IMG/VR virus record: IMGVR_UViG_2675903061_000001
Location: 24,380 to 88,379 of that record
Source: a virus
Lineage: Duplodnaviria; Caudoviricetes
DNA: 64,000 bases
Direction: 5' to 3' (one strand)
Made by a program: the position numbers and the translations under genes. The stretch's first letter is position 1. Every line of letters starts with the position of its first letter. The notes beneath the pieces were generated by a model that saw only the letters and a list, made by a program, of their open reading frames with translations, made no database searches and was not told the origin of the DNA. Of the stretch, positions 27,848-37,850 are shown in pieces.

Positions 27848-28090
27848 ATGCCCCCCATCCTCATCGACATCAAAGCCGCCGCATGGCAAGCCGGCAGACC
27901 CGAATCCACCATCCGCTGGTGGGCCCACACCGGCCGCATCACCACCCACCGCCTCGGACCCGGCCGCGGCCAAGTCCGCTACGACGCCGACGAAATCCCC
28001 ATCGCCGTCCGCGACGAACACAACGCCGACGTCATCCTCGTGCCATGCAAGCCGCCCCCACTCCCGGAACGGCAGCCCGCCGCTGCCTGA
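27848..28090 (+). CDS. MerR/Xis-like HTH protein
   Basis: AAAWQAGRPESTIRWWAHTGRI..VRYD. Confidence 0.7.
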   Translation: MPPILIDIKAAAWQAGRPESTIRWWAHTGRITTHRLGPGRGQVRYDADEIPIAVRDEHNADVILVPCKPPPLPERQPAAA

Positions 28091-28477
28091 ACCCCGCGCC
28101 CCCATCCCCTCGGGGCGCGGCCGGTGCCCTTGGCCCTCCCCACGCCGGGCACCAGCTCCCCGCCCCCAGGGGTGGCGGCGGGGAGCACAACCCTCTCTCC
28201 CGCTGCCCGGCGATGGGGCAGAGAGCCTCCCTGGGGCCGTGTTCGAGCCCATGCGCGCGCAGCGACCGGGCAGCGGGCACCAGCCCATGGCTCCGACGAC
28301 CGATGGACACCACAGGCACCAACCGATCAAGACCCCGCGTCGGGCGACCGACACGGAACACACCATCCGGCAGGGTGGGCGGGAGACGGTGGGGCGCCCG
28401 AAACCGAGGGCGCCCCACCGTCACAGAACAGCAACACCCCCCACACCACGACACCCAGTTCGGCATCGTGGGGCGGC

Positions 28478-28972
28478 ATGACACACCCGCAACAGCCCAC
28501 CCCGCCCGGACAGTGGAAACCCGCACCGCCACCCCGGAAGAACCGCTGGCCCCTCATCATCGGCCTCGGCATCTTCCTCGCCTTCGCAGCCTTCGGCGGC
28601 ATCCTCGAACTCACCGGCAACAGCGACGACGACACGTCCGCCGGCCAAGACACCACCGAGACCCCGCCGAAAGACGTCCCCGACTACACCGTCGTAAGCA
28701 AAGAGACCGAGGGCAACCAGCGCACCATCATCATCGAGGTCAACCACACCAAGAACCTCGACCTCATCTTCGAAGACGCCATCGCCGACCTCACCGACAA
28801 CGCCGGCTACATCGTCCAACTCAACTGCACCACCGGAGCAACCGAACACGTCGACAACCGCCTCGCCAACGGCTGGTACGCCATCGGCAACATCGGCAGG
28901 GCAACCACCGGCCTGGACGACGGCGAGACAAAGTTCGAGATCAACGACGGCCGGAGTTGCCCCGCGACGTAA
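28478..28972 (+). CDS. Single-pass membrane protein with acidic extracellular domain
   Basis: Pro-rich N-terminus, TM helix WPLIIGLGIFLAFAAFGGIL, two Cys. Confidence 0.7.
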   Translation: MTHPQQPTPPGQWKPAPPPRKNRWPLIIGLGIFLAFAAFGGILELTGNSDDDTSAGQDTTETPPKDVPDYTVVSKETEGNQRTIIIEVNHTKNLDLIFEDAIADLTDNAGYIVQLNCTTGATEHVDNRLANGWYAIGNIGRATTGLDDGETKFEINDGRSCPAT

Positions 28973-28992
28973 CCCCCGGGGAGGTGGTGGCC

Positions 28993-29364
28993 GTGGGCAC
29001 CTGGCAAGAAGGCCCCACCTCCCGCAGGACCCACCCCAGACCCCAGGGATGGAAGACCCTCCGGCAGGAGATCCTCAACCGCGACCAGCACCGCTGCACC
29101 TGGATCGACGACGGCCAGCGCTGCACCGCCCGCGGCACCGACGTCGACCACATCGGCAACCCCAACGACCACACCCCGGACAACCTCCGCACCCTCTGCG
29201 GCCCCCACCACCGCCGCCGAACAGCCCTCCAAGCCAGAGCCGCACGCGGAGAAACACCCCCGCGGAAACGCCCCCGCGACCCCCACCCAGGGCTGCTCAC
29301 CACCGAGACAAGGCTCGACCGCATGCGGCGCGAAGCAGCGAAGCGTTACGAGCCGCCGTTCTGA
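28993..29364 (+). CDS. HNH endonuclease (packaging-associated)
   Basis: RDQHRC..C..DVDHI..NLRTLCGPHH. Confidence 0.85.
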   Translation: MGTWQEGPTSRRTHPRPQGWKTLRQEILNRDQHRCTWIDDGQRCTARGTDVDHIGNPNDHTPDNLRTLCGPHHRRRTALQARAARGETPPRKRPRDPHPGLLTTETRLDRMRREAAKRYEPPF

Positions 29365-29565
29365 CCTGCATGCATGCCGCACAGGGGTGGGGGGTGACCC
29401 ACCCCTCCCCCCACGCGGGCCCACGGTGCGGCATAGCCGGTCGCGGTGGGTACGGGTCTCCCACCTGGGGCGATGTCGGAGGGTGATTGACCTTCTGCGG
29501 CGCTCACGGATGGTGGTGCAGGTCGGTGGCTCTACTCGTAACGCGTCATGGGGTAGACTGGGGGC
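29365..29565. other. Probable cos/genome-end region
   Basis: Non-coding gap after HNH and before the packaging genes; abrupt switch from C-rich to G-rich plus strand. Confidence 0.45.
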
Positions 29566-30177
29566 ATGCAGGTTACGGAGCGTGCGGGTTGCCGGAGGTG
29601 CGGAGGTCCGCTGCCGGTGGCCGGGCGCGGTCCGGTGCCGGTGTTCTGCTCGGGGGCGTGCCGTCAGGCGGCGTACCGGGAGTGGAAAGCGGCTGAGGCG
29701 CTGCCGCAGGAGTTGACCGCGCGGCGCCGGTGGGTGCGGCGGGACGAGAGCAAGCGTCCGGTGCGTGCGGACAACGGGCGGCCGGCGTCGGTGACGAATC
29801 CGTTCGACCGCACGACGTTCCCGAAGGCGTCCCGCTCGCGGCACGGTGTCGGGCTGGGGTTCGTGCTGGACGCGGGTGACGGTCTGGTGTGTGTGGACCT
29901 GGACCATGCCCTCGGCACCGACGGGCGGCCGCTGCCGTGGGCGCGGGAGATCCTGGACCGCTGCCCGCCGACGTTCGTTGAGGTGTCGCCGTCAGGGACG
30001 GGCCTGCACATCTGGGGGCGTGGCCGTGTGCGGCAGGGGCGGCGTATCCGCCGCGCGGACGGGGCGGGGATCGAGGTGTACGGGGACGGACGCTATATCG
30101 CGGTCGGGCGCCGGTTCGGTCGGGCGCCGCTGCGCGTGGCCGACCTGACGGAACTGGTGGCCGAGCTGACGGAGTGA
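29566..30177 (+). CDS. Small prim-pol (AEP-like) protein with N-terminal Zn finger
   Basis: CRRC..FCSGACR; CVDLD, EVSPSGTGLH and IEVY motifs. Confidence 0.75.
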   Translation: MQVTERAGCRRCGGPLPVAGRGPVPVFCSGACRQAAYREWKAAEALPQELTARRRWVRRDESKRPVRADNGRPASVTNPFDRTTFPKASRSRHGVGLGFVLDAGDGLVCVDLDHALGTDGRPLPWAREILDRCPPTFVEVSPSGTGLHIWGRGRVRQGRRIRRADGAGIEVYGDGRYIAVGRRFGRAPLRVADLTELVAELTE

Positions 30178-30328
30178 GGCTTCCGGCGGGTGCTGCCCGT
30201 CGGGTTGTTGATTGAGGAGGGCCGCCCACGGCGGCCCTTTGTCGTGTAGGCGCCCGCCGTTGATCCCGGCGGGTAGGAAGCCCCGGTGGTCTCCAGGCAC
30301 CGGGGCTTCCGCATTCCCTGGAGGCTCC

Positions 30329-31084
30329 ATGTCCTGGAAGTGCAGAAATGACAGACGCTTCACCACGCTGCGGCACTACGCCGTGGTCTCCCTCGAGGGT
30401 GACGTCCCCAAGGTCTTGGGATGCGTCGAGTGCGACTGGGGAGACCTTGTGGACGGAGGCCTGGAGGAAGACACAACCCCGGGGGAAGCTCTGCCCCGGC
30501 ATCGGCCAGACCGATGCACTGCTCCTACTCAGTATGGCGCCCGGTGCCAGGCTCAGGCGTGGTCGAACGGCAGATGCCACCGCCATGACCGCGATTTCTG
30601 GGAGAGGGCATACAGGGGTTTCCGGTCTCCATGGAGCGCAATCTCGATGCCGGAGGCGTATCGCGAGGTATTCATCCGGGCAATCAGGGATGCCGGGCTC
30701 GTCGCTGACGAGCAGCAGGTGACCCGAGAGACTTTTGAGTCGGCGAGGAGCCGCCGTCACGGTTCGGTGGTCTACTTCGTGGAGCGCGAGGGGTTCATCA
30801 AGATCGGCACAACTAGGGATCTCCGGGGGCGGTTGGCGGCATTGGAGCAGGGCGGCGTGCTGATGCCCGACGGCGTGCCGCCGGGGCCGGTCACACTGCT
30901 CGCCACCACCCTGGGAGACCGGGACGTGGAATCTGGCTATCACACCCGCTTCCGTCGTCAACGCGTGAAAGGCGAGTGGTTTCGCCCCAGCAAGGCGCTG
31001 CGCCACCTCATCGAAGACCTCCAGCGGGCTGAGCAGCAAGGGCGCCCAGACGTACTGGACGAGGCATTGGCTGCGATGGCATAG
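30329..31084 (+). CDS. GIY-YIG-like (T5orf172/MUG113) domain protein
   Basis: VVYFV..IKIGTT..RL..E..H..F..GEWF. Confidence 0.8.
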   Translation: MSWKCRNDRRFTTLRHYAVVSLEGDVPKVLGCVECDWGDLVDGGLEEDTTPGEALPRHRPDRCTAPTQYGARCQAQAWSNGRCHRHDRDFWERAYRGFRSPWSAISMPEAYREVFIRAIRDAGLVADEQQVTRETFESARSRRHGSVVYFVEREGFIKIGTTRDLRGRLAALEQGGVLMPDGVPPGPVTLLATTLGDRDVESGYHTRFRRQRVKGEWFRPSKALRHLIEDLQRAEQQGRPDVLDEALAAMA

Positions 31085-31097
31085 GGGGTGAGTGGCT

Positions 31098-31535
31098 ATG
31101 GCCGGGTTCGGTCCCCCGCCGTCGGAGAACAAGCGGCGGCGGAACGCGGACACCTTCGAAGGCTTCGAGACCACCGTCCCCACCGACAGCGGCGAGGAAC
31201 TGCGCGGCCCCGAGCTGCCGCACGCGGCGCTGTACGGGCCGCAGACCATCGCCTGGTACGACACCTGGCGCCGCTCCCCCCAGTCCGCGGCGTTCCTGCC
31301 CACGGACTGGCAGCGGCTGCTCATGCTCGCCCCGCTGGTGGACGCCTACTTCCTCGAACCCAGCACGAAGCTGCTGGCGGAGATCCGGCTGAACGAGGGC
31401 CTCCTCGGGGCGACGCACACCGACCGGCTGCGGGCCCGTATCAAGGTGGAGGCGCCGAAGCCGAAACCCGCGGCCCCGCCGGCCGGGGTCGCTGACCTGA
31501 CGTCGCGCCGTCGTCGGCTGACCGATGCCTCGTGA
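31098..31535 (+). CDS. Terminase small subunit
   Basis: MAGFGPPP..WRRSPQ..TDW..EIRL..GAT..DRLR; upstream of the large subunit. Confidence 0.85.
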   Translation: MAGFGPPPSENKRRRNADTFEGFETTVPTDSGEELRGPELPHAALYGPQTIAWYDTWRRSPQSAAFLPTDWQRLLMLAPLVDAYFLEPSTKLLAEIRLNEGLLGATHTDRLRARIKVEAPKPKPAAPPAGVADLTSRRRRLTDAS

Positions 31536-33246
31536 GCTGGTCCGGCACCCGGACCACTCGCGGCGCCGGTCGCTGGGGGTGGCGCTGGCGTTCATCGAGT
31601 GGTTCTGCGTGCACGGCCCCGGTGATGTGCAGGGCGTGCCGCTGCACCCGCGGCACGGCGGGGAGTGCCTTCCGCTGGACGACGAGTTCGCCGGGCTGAT
31701 CCTGGACTGCTACGCGCTGGACGAGACAGGGCGCCGGCTGTACGACACGGTGGCGATTTCCCGGGCGAAGGGCCGCGCGAAGTCGGAGCTGGCCGGGTTC
31801 GTGTCGCTGGCGGAGGCGTTCGGCCCGGTGCGGTTCTGCGGGTGGGCCGAGGGCGGCGAGCAGTACGAGTGGCGGGACTTTGTCTACGAGTACGAGCCCG
31901 GGGAGCCGATGGGGCGGCCGGTGACGTATCCGTTCATCCGGTGCCTGGCCACGGAGGAGTCGCAGAGCGGGAACACCTACGACAACATCCTGTTCAACCT
32001 GGAGCACGGCCCTCTGGCGGAGGATCTGCCGTCGGGCACGGCCGGCGTGACGCGGATCTTCCTCCCCGGCGGCGGGGAGGTGCGCCCCTCGACGGCGGCT
32101 GCGGCCTCGCGGGACGGCGGGAAGGAGACCCTCGCGGTCTTCGACGAGCCGCACCTGTACACCCAGCCGGAGCTGCGGCAGATGTACCGCACGGTGGACC
32201 GGAACCTGCGCAAGCGGAAGGCTGCGGAGCCGTGGGCGCTGCTCACCTCGACGATGTACCAGCCGGGCGAGAACAGTGTGCTGGAGAAGTTGCATGAGCG
32301 GGCGAAGCTGATCGCTGAGGGCAAGACCCGCGGCCGGCGGCTGATGCTGGACCACCGCGAGGCGCCGGCGGATGTGGACCTGACCGACCGGGAGCAGATG
32401 CGGGCCGCGCTGCGGGAGGTGTACGGGCCGTTCGCAGGCGCGCTGGACCTGGACGGGATCATCGAGTCGGAGTTCTGGAACATCGAGAAGGACCCCGAGG
32501 AGTCCCGGCGGTACTTCTTCAACCAGCCCACCGCCGCGAGGGATGCGTGGACGACGCACCCGGCGTGGGCGGCGTGCACGGACGTGGAGCTGGTGGTGGC
32601 GGACGGCGCGCCGATGGTGATGTTCTTCGACGGCTCGAAGTCTGATGACGCCACGGGCCTGGTCGGGTGCGATGTGGAGACCGGGCACGTCATGACGCTG
32701 GCGTGCTGGGAGAAGCCACGCGGCCAGGACGGCGAGGGCTGGGAGGTGGACCGGACGGATGTGGACCGGGTCGTGCGGCAGGTCTTCGCCGAGCGGAACG
32801 TGGTCGCCTTCTTCGGCGATGTGAAGGAGTTCGAGTCCTACATCGACACCTGGGGCCAGGACTTCGGCGAACGTCTGCTGATCCACGCCACGGCCGGCCG
32901 CTACGCGCACCCGGTGGCGTGGGACATGCGGGGCCGGGTGCGGGAGTTCACGGCGGCGTGCGAGCGGATGGAAGTGGACATCCGGGAGCGGGACGTCACT
33001 CACGACGGGGACAGCCGGTTGCAGCGGCATGTGCTGAACGCCCGCAGGCGGCCGAACCGGTACGGGGTGAGCGTCGCGAAGGAGTCCCGGGACTCCCCGC
33101 ACAAGATCGACCTGGCGGTGTGCGCGATCGGAGCGCGGATGGCGCGGCGGATGCTGCTCGCCTCGCCGGAATGGGCCAAGCATCAGGCGGCGCAGACGAA
33201 GAAGCGCCGGGGTGAGCGGGGCACGAGGGCATTCGGCTGGAGGTGA
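31525..33246 (+). CDS. Terminase large subunit
   Basis: SRAKGRAKS Walker A, AVFDEPH Walker B, FDGSKSDD and KIDLAV nuclease motifs. Confidence 0.93.
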   Translation: MPRELVRHPDHSRRRSLGVALAFIEWFCVHGPGDVQGVPLHPRHGGECLPLDDEFAGLILDCYALDETGRRLYDTVAISRAKGRAKSELAGFVSLAEAFGPVRFCGWAEGGEQYEWRDFVYEYEPGEPMGRPVTYPFIRCLATEESQSGNTYDNILFNLEHGPLAEDLPSGTAGVTRIFLPGGGEVRPSTAAAASRDGGKETLAVFDEPHLYTQPELRQMYRTVDRNLRKRKAAEPWALLTSTMYQPGENSVLEKLHERAKLIAEGKTRGRRLMLDHREAPADVDLTDREQMRAALREVYGPFAGALDLDGIIESEFWNIEKDPEESRRYFFNQPTAARDAWTTHPAWAACTDVELVVADGAPMVMFFDGSKSDDATGLVGCDVETGHVMTLACWEKPRGQDGEGWEVDRTDVDRVVRQVFAERNVVAFFGDVKEFESYIDTWGQDFGERLLIHATAGRYAHPVAWDMRGRVREFTAACERMEVDIRERDVTHDGDSRLQRHVLNARRRPNRYGVSVAKESRDSPHKIDLAVCAIGARMARRMLLASPEWAKHQAAQTKKRRGERGTRAFGWR

Positions 33247-33249
33247 CCC

Positions 33250-34653
33250 GTGCTGCTGGAGACGAAGAAGGAGGTTGAGGAGGCCGCGGGCCGTCTGACC
33301 GAGGCGCATCAGGCGGAGAAGCGGCGCCTGGACCCGATCCACGCGGCGGTGCGGGGCGAGGACAACGCGCTGTACGTGCCGCAGAAGGCGACCGAGGAGT
33401 ACAGGCGGATTGTTGAGCAGTCCCGGTTCAATGTGCTGCCGCTGGTGATCACGCAGCTTGCGCAGGCGCTGTTCGTGGACGGCTACCTCACCGGGGACGG
33501 GAAGCGGTCGCCGGTGTGGGAGGCGGTGTGGCAGCCGAACCGGATGGACGCCAGGCAGGGCGGCCTGTACCGGTCGGCGATCGAGTACGGGGCGTCGTAT
33601 GCGCTGGGCCTGCCCGGGGACCCGGTGCCGGTGATCACGCCGCTGTCGCCGCGGCGGTGCACCGCGCTGTACGAGGACCCGGTCAATGACGAGTGGCCGG
33701 AGCTGGCGCTGGTTTTCGGGCCGAAGGTCAAGGTCGGGGAGGGGTGGGCGCGCAAGGCGCGTCTGTTTGACGAGCAGCAGGCGCACCCGATGCTGGTGGG
33801 CGAGTCGGGAGCGCGGCCGGCGCCGGGTGAGAAGCCGAAGAAGCACGGGCTGGGTGTGGTGCCGCTGGTGCGGTATCTGGACAGCCTGGAGGACTTGGAC
33901 GACGGGCCGTGCGGCAAGGTGGAGCCGCTGGTCCCGGTGCAGCGGCAGCTCAACCAGACGACGTACTCCCTGTTGATGGCGCAGCACTACGGGGCGTTCC
34001 GGCAGCGGTGGGTCACGGGGATGCTGGTGCAGGAGGACGCCGACGGCAATCCGCGTGAGCCGTTCGATGTGGGCGTGGACCGGATGCTGCACGCGGAGGA
34101 GGCGACGGCGAAGTTCGGCGACTTCGCCGAGACCAGCCTGGACGGCTACCTGAAGTCGCGTGAGGCGGCGCTGCTGTTCATCGCCTCGGTGGCGCAGATC
34201 CCCCCGCACAACCTGATCATCGGATCCGGCATCTCCAACATCTCGGCGGAGGCGCTGGCCGCCCTGGAGGCAGGCCACCGTCAGGATGTGGCTGAGCACC
34301 AGCAGTCGTTCGGCGAGTCGACCGAGCAGCTGATGCGGCTGTGCGGGCGGGCGATGGGCGATGAGGCGGCGTGGAAGGACACCTCCGGGCAGGTGATCTG
34401 GCGCGACACGACGCCGAGGTCGCTGGCGCAGGTCGCGGACGCCTGGGGCAAGGTGGCGCAGATGCTAGGTGTGCCGCCGCGGGCGTTGTGGTCGCGTTTG
34501 CCGGGGGTGACGCAGCAGGACGTGCGGGCGTGGGAGCGGATGGCGGACGAGCAGGACGCGCTGCTGAACTTGGAGCAGATGTTCCGCGAGGACGCCGAAG
34601 GCTCGCCGGCCGGTGAGCCGGAGCCGGAGCCCGCGCCGTCGGCGGCCGGCTGA
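33250..34653 (+). CDS. Portal protein (SPP1 gp6-like)
   Basis: 467 aa after terminase; WQPNRMD, YGAFRQRW and ISAEAL motifs. Confidence 0.9.
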   Translation: MLLETKKEVEEAAGRLTEAHQAEKRRLDPIHAAVRGEDNALYVPQKATEEYRRIVEQSRFNVLPLVITQLAQALFVDGYLTGDGKRSPVWEAVWQPNRMDARQGGLYRSAIEYGASYALGLPGDPVPVITPLSPRRCTALYEDPVNDEWPELALVFGPKVKVGEGWARKARLFDEQQAHPMLVGESGARPAPGEKPKKHGLGVVPLVRYLDSLEDLDDGPCGKVEPLVPVQRQLNQTTYSLLMAQHYGAFRQRWVTGMLVQEDADGNPREPFDVGVDRMLHAEEATAKFGDFAETSLDGYLKSREAALLFIASVAQIPPHNLIIGSGISNISAEALAALEAGHRQDVAEHQQSFGESTEQLMRLCGRAMGDEAAWKDTSGQVIWRDTTPRSLAQVADAWGKVAQMLGVPPRALWSRLPGVTQQDVRAWERMADEQDALLNLEQMFREDAEGSPAGEPEPEPAPSAAG

Positions 34654-35375
34654 TGCCGTCGCCGGAGGCGCAGGCCCTGACCCGCACCTATCGGCAGCGG
34701 GTGCTGGACATTGCGGGGCTGATCGGCCGCAGGCTGCGGACGGTGGCGCTGGCCGCCGACACCGACGACATTGACAGCTGGTGGGACCGGGTGGCGCCGC
34801 GGGTGCAGCAGGAGATCCTGACCGGGGCGTCGGCGCTGGCGGTGCTGGCGCGCAGATATCTGGTGGCGCACGCAGAGATCGAGGGCGTCGTGCTGGAGCC
34901 GGTGGTGGTGGATCCGCCGGGCCGGCCGCAGATCGCCGCCTCGACGCGGGTGACAGGGCCGGTGGCGTTCAAGACCCACATGTCGGCGACAGGGTCGGCG
35001 CCGGGTTCGGTGCGGACGATGGCGTCGCAACTGTCGGGCTCGGGGCAGCGGCTCGCGATGGAGGGCGCCCGGGAGACGGTGATGCGCACCTTCGCCGAGC
35101 GCGATGAGATCGCCGGGTGGCGCCGTGTCGCCTCGGGGTCGCCGTGCGCGTTCTGCCTGATGCTGGTGGGCCGCGGGGCGGTGTACTCGAAGAGGACTGC
35201 GGATTTCCAGTCGCATGACCGGTGCGCGTGCACGCCGGAGCCGCTGTACCGGCGGGAGGACGAGCCCGCTGAGGTGCGCAGGTTGCAGCGGCAGTGGCGG
35301 GAGGCCACGGCCGGGACATCGGGCAACGCGGCGATCGCCGCGTGGCGTGCCTACGTGGCGGACCAGCGGCAGTAG
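34653..35375 (+). CDS. Minor capsid / head maturation protein (MuF-related)
   Basis: WRRV..PCAFCLML..HDRCAC..P. Confidence 0.75.
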   Translation: MPSPEAQALTRTYRQRVLDIAGLIGRRLRTVALAADTDDIDSWWDRVAPRVQQEILTGASALAVLARRYLVAHAEIEGVVLEPVVVDPPGRPQIAASTRVTGPVAFKTHMSATGSAPGSVRTMASQLSGSGQRLAMEGARETVMRTFAERDEIAGWRRVASGSPCAFCLMLVGRGAVYSKRTADFQSHDRCACTPEPLYRREDEPAEVRRLQRQWREATAGTSGNAAIAAWRAYVADQRQ

Positions 35376-35409
35376 TTGAGACTTCCCCGCCCAGACCGGG
35401 GCGGGGTGC

Positions 35410-35471
35410 GTGGACGGCCAGCGCACAAGTGGCCGGTGCGGTGTGGACGGCCAGCGCCATGAAGTGGCCGG
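35410..35471 (+). repeat. Imperfect tandem duplication upstream of the scaffold gene
   Basis: GTGGACGGCCAGCGC..AAGTGGCCGG at 35410 and 35443. Confidence 0.55.
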
Positions 35472-35492
35472 GAGTCAGGAGAAACGGAACGG

Positions 35493-36089
35493 ATGAGTAC
35501 ACCCACCGAGACGCCGCCTGCGCCGGAAGGGCAGCAGGGCGGCGGCAGCCCGCCGGAGCCTGCGCCGCAGCCGGAGCCTCCGAAGCCGGGGCCGCCTCCG
35601 GGGCAGACGTACACACAGGCCGACCTGGACCGGATCGTGCGGGAGCGCCTGGCCCGGGAGCAGAAGAAGGCATCCGACCGGTACGGCGACTACGACGACC
35701 TGAAGGCCAAGGCGGCCCGGCTGGCCGAGCTGGAAGAGGCCCAGCAGTCCGAGCAGGAGAAGCTCGCCAAGCGCCTGGAGAAGGCAGAGAAGGACCGGAA
35801 GGCCGCCGAGGAACGCATCGCGCAGATGGAGATCGAGGCGCTGCGTTCCCGGATCGCGGCGGAGAAGGGCCTGACTCCGATACAGGCTGCGCGGCTGCGC
35901 GGCACCACGGAGGAGGAGATCACCGCGGACGCGGACGATCTCCTCGCCGCTTTCAAGCCGCCGGAGCCTCCCGCTTCGGCGCCACAGGGCCGGCCGCTGG
36001 AGTCGCTTTCTCCGGGGTCGATCCCGGCGGCCGGTGACACGCCGACCGACATGAACGAGTGGATGCGCGCCAGGTCCCGCAATGGGTAG
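35493..36089 (+). CDS. Capsid scaffolding protein
   Basis: YTQADLDRIVRERLARE..YGDYDDLKAKA coiled coil. Confidence 0.88.
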   Translation: MSTPTETPPAPEGQQGGGSPPEPAPQPEPPKPGPPPGQTYTQADLDRIVRERLAREQKKASDRYGDYDDLKAKAARLAELEEAQQSEQEKLAKRLEKAEKDRKAAEERIAQMEIEALRSRIAAEKGLTPIQAARLRGTTEEEITADADDLLAAFKPPEPPASAPQGRPLESLSPGSIPAAGDTPTDMNEWMRARSRNG

Positions 36090-36195
36090 CCGCGGCCGCA
36101 GCCACACCTACCTGTAGTCGGCCGGGCGCTGTCCCGGCCTCCGTCCCATGACCCCGCCACTGAGCGGGGTTTTCGCATGTTTGGAGGTTGGGGCT

Positions 36196-37170
36196 GTGGC
36201 CCTCACCAGTGACTCTGACCTGCTTCCCATCGAATGGGCGCAGGACGTCATCAAGGAGATGAGCAAGTCCTCGGCAGTGCTGGGCCTGTCGCGGCGCCGC
36301 ACGATGACCACGCGGCAGCAGCGGCTTCCCGCGACCGCAGTGCTGGCCGACGCCTACTGGGTCGGCTCCGGGGACAACGACTTCACCGACCTGAAGCAGC
36401 AGACCAACGCCGAGTGGAACGGCGTGAACCTGATCGTGGAGGAGCTCGCCTGCCTGGTCGGCATCCCCCACGCCTACGAGCAGGACAACTCCTTCCCCGT
36501 GTGGGAGGAGGTGCGTCCGCAGATCGTGGAGGCGATGGGCAAGCGTCTGGACGCGGCCGCCCTGTTCGGGGTGGGCAAGCCTTCCACTTGGCCGGCGGCG
36601 ATCCTGCCGTCGATCGTGGCGGCCGGGCAGACGGTGGAGCGCGGCACCGAGGACGACCTGGCGGCGGACATCGCCGAGTCGGCGCGGGTGCTGAAGCAGC
36701 AGGGGTTCCGCACCACCGGGTGGGCGGCCGAGCCCGGGTTCCACTGGGAACTGGTGGGGCTGCGGTCGCTGGACGGCGCGCCGATCTACCAGCCGAACCT
36801 GTCGGGGCCGATCAATCAGGGCCTGTACGGGCTGCCGCTGGTGGAGGTGGAGAACGGGGCGTGGCTCACCACGACTGACGCCTCGGTGATCCACGGGGAC
36901 TGGTCCAAGTCGATCGTCGGTATCCGGCAGGACATCACCTTCACTCGGCACGACTCCGGCGTGATCGGCGACTCCTCCGGCAACATCGTGTTCAACGCGA
37001 TGCAGCAGGACGCGACGATCTGGCGTGCGGTGTTCCGGGTGGCGTGGGCTCGCGCGAACCCGGCGACCCGGACCGGTGACCAGCCGGGCGAGTCCGGTGA
37101 CAACTCCCCGTCCTCGGAATCCTCGCCGGCGAAGTTCCCGTGGGCGGCCGTGGTGCCGGCCGGCTCGTGA
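36196..37170 (+). CDS. Major capsid protein (HK97 fold)
   Basis: Follows the scaffold; GGAGG-GTG start; GDWS..VGIRQDI and FNAMQQD motifs. Confidence 0.9.
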   Translation: MALTSDSDLLPIEWAQDVIKEMSKSSAVLGLSRRRTMTTRQQRLPATAVLADAYWVGSGDNDFTDLKQQTNAEWNGVNLIVEELACLVGIPHAYEQDNSFPVWEEVRPQIVEAMGKRLDAAALFGVGKPSTWPAAILPSIVAAGQTVERGTEDDLAADIAESARVLKQQGFRTTGWAAEPGFHWELVGLRSLDGAPIYQPNLSGPINQGLYGLPLVEVENGAWLTTTDASVIHGDWSKSIVGIRQDITFTRHDSGVIGDSSGNIVFNAMQQDATIWRAVFRVAWARANPATRTGDQPGESGDNSPSSESSPAKFPWAAVVPAGS

Positions 37171-37850
37171 CGACGCATCTGGTGGTGGGCGCAGGAGAGG
37201 TGGGCACTGCGGTGCACGCGGTGCTGTCCTGCGCCCACGACGCCCTCATCCGAGACATCGAGCCGGTGCCTGTGGGGGCGGAGGTGCTGCACGTGTGCTT
37301 CCCCTGGTCGGAGGATTTCGCTGCGCAGGTCAAGGCGTATGCCGACGAGCACGGTGCCGGCCTGGTGGTGGTGCATTCCACCGTGCCGCCCGGGACGTGC
37401 GATCCGCACGGGTGGGTGCATTCCCCGGTTCGGGGGCGGCATCCGCACCTGGCGCCGGCCCTGCGCGCGTTCATCAAGCACTTCGGCGGCCACCACGCCG
37501 CCGAGGCCGCGCAGGCCTGGGAGGACGCGGGCGTCCGCACCCGCGTGCACACGCTGGCCGCCGACACCGAGGCGGGGAAATTGTGGGAGCTGGTCCAGTT
37601 CGGTGTGCAGGTGCGGGTGGAGAAAGCCATCCATGCGTGGTGTGCCGAGAGAGGGCTGGACGCCGATGTGGTGTACCGGCAGATGGCCGAGACCTACAAC
37701 GACGGCTACGCCGACCTCGGCGAGCACCGGTTTCTGCGGCCGGTGCTGGCCCACATGCCCGGCGATATCGGGGGGCACTGCGTGCGGCCCATGGCCGCGC
37801 TGCTCGATCACCCCCTGGCCGAGATGGTGACCCGTGGCCTCGATTCCTGA
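37167..37850 (+). CDS. UDP-glucose/GDP-mannose dehydrogenase-like protein (no C-terminal domain)
   Basis: GAGEVG Rossmann motif, HSTVPPG, EAGKL, catalytic-type GGHC. Confidence 0.8.
   Translation: MTTHLVVGAGEVGTAVHAVLSCAHDALIRDIEPVPVGAEVLHVCFPWSEDFAAQVKAYADEHGAGLVVVHSTVPPGTCDPHGWVHSPVRGRHPHLAPALRAFIKHFGGHHAAEAAQAWEDAGVRTRVHTLAADTEAGKLWELVQFGVQVRVEKAIHAWCAERGLDADVVYRQMAETYNDGYADLGEHRFLRPVLAHMPGDIGGHCVRPMAALLDHPLAEMVTRGLDS

Noticed and set aside
31441-34299. 952-aa minus-strand ORF and similar long antisense ORFs (2044..4167, 21789..23666, 47549..50299)
   Set aside because: Shadow frames of well-supported plus-strand genes in high-GC DNA, with no recognisable motifs
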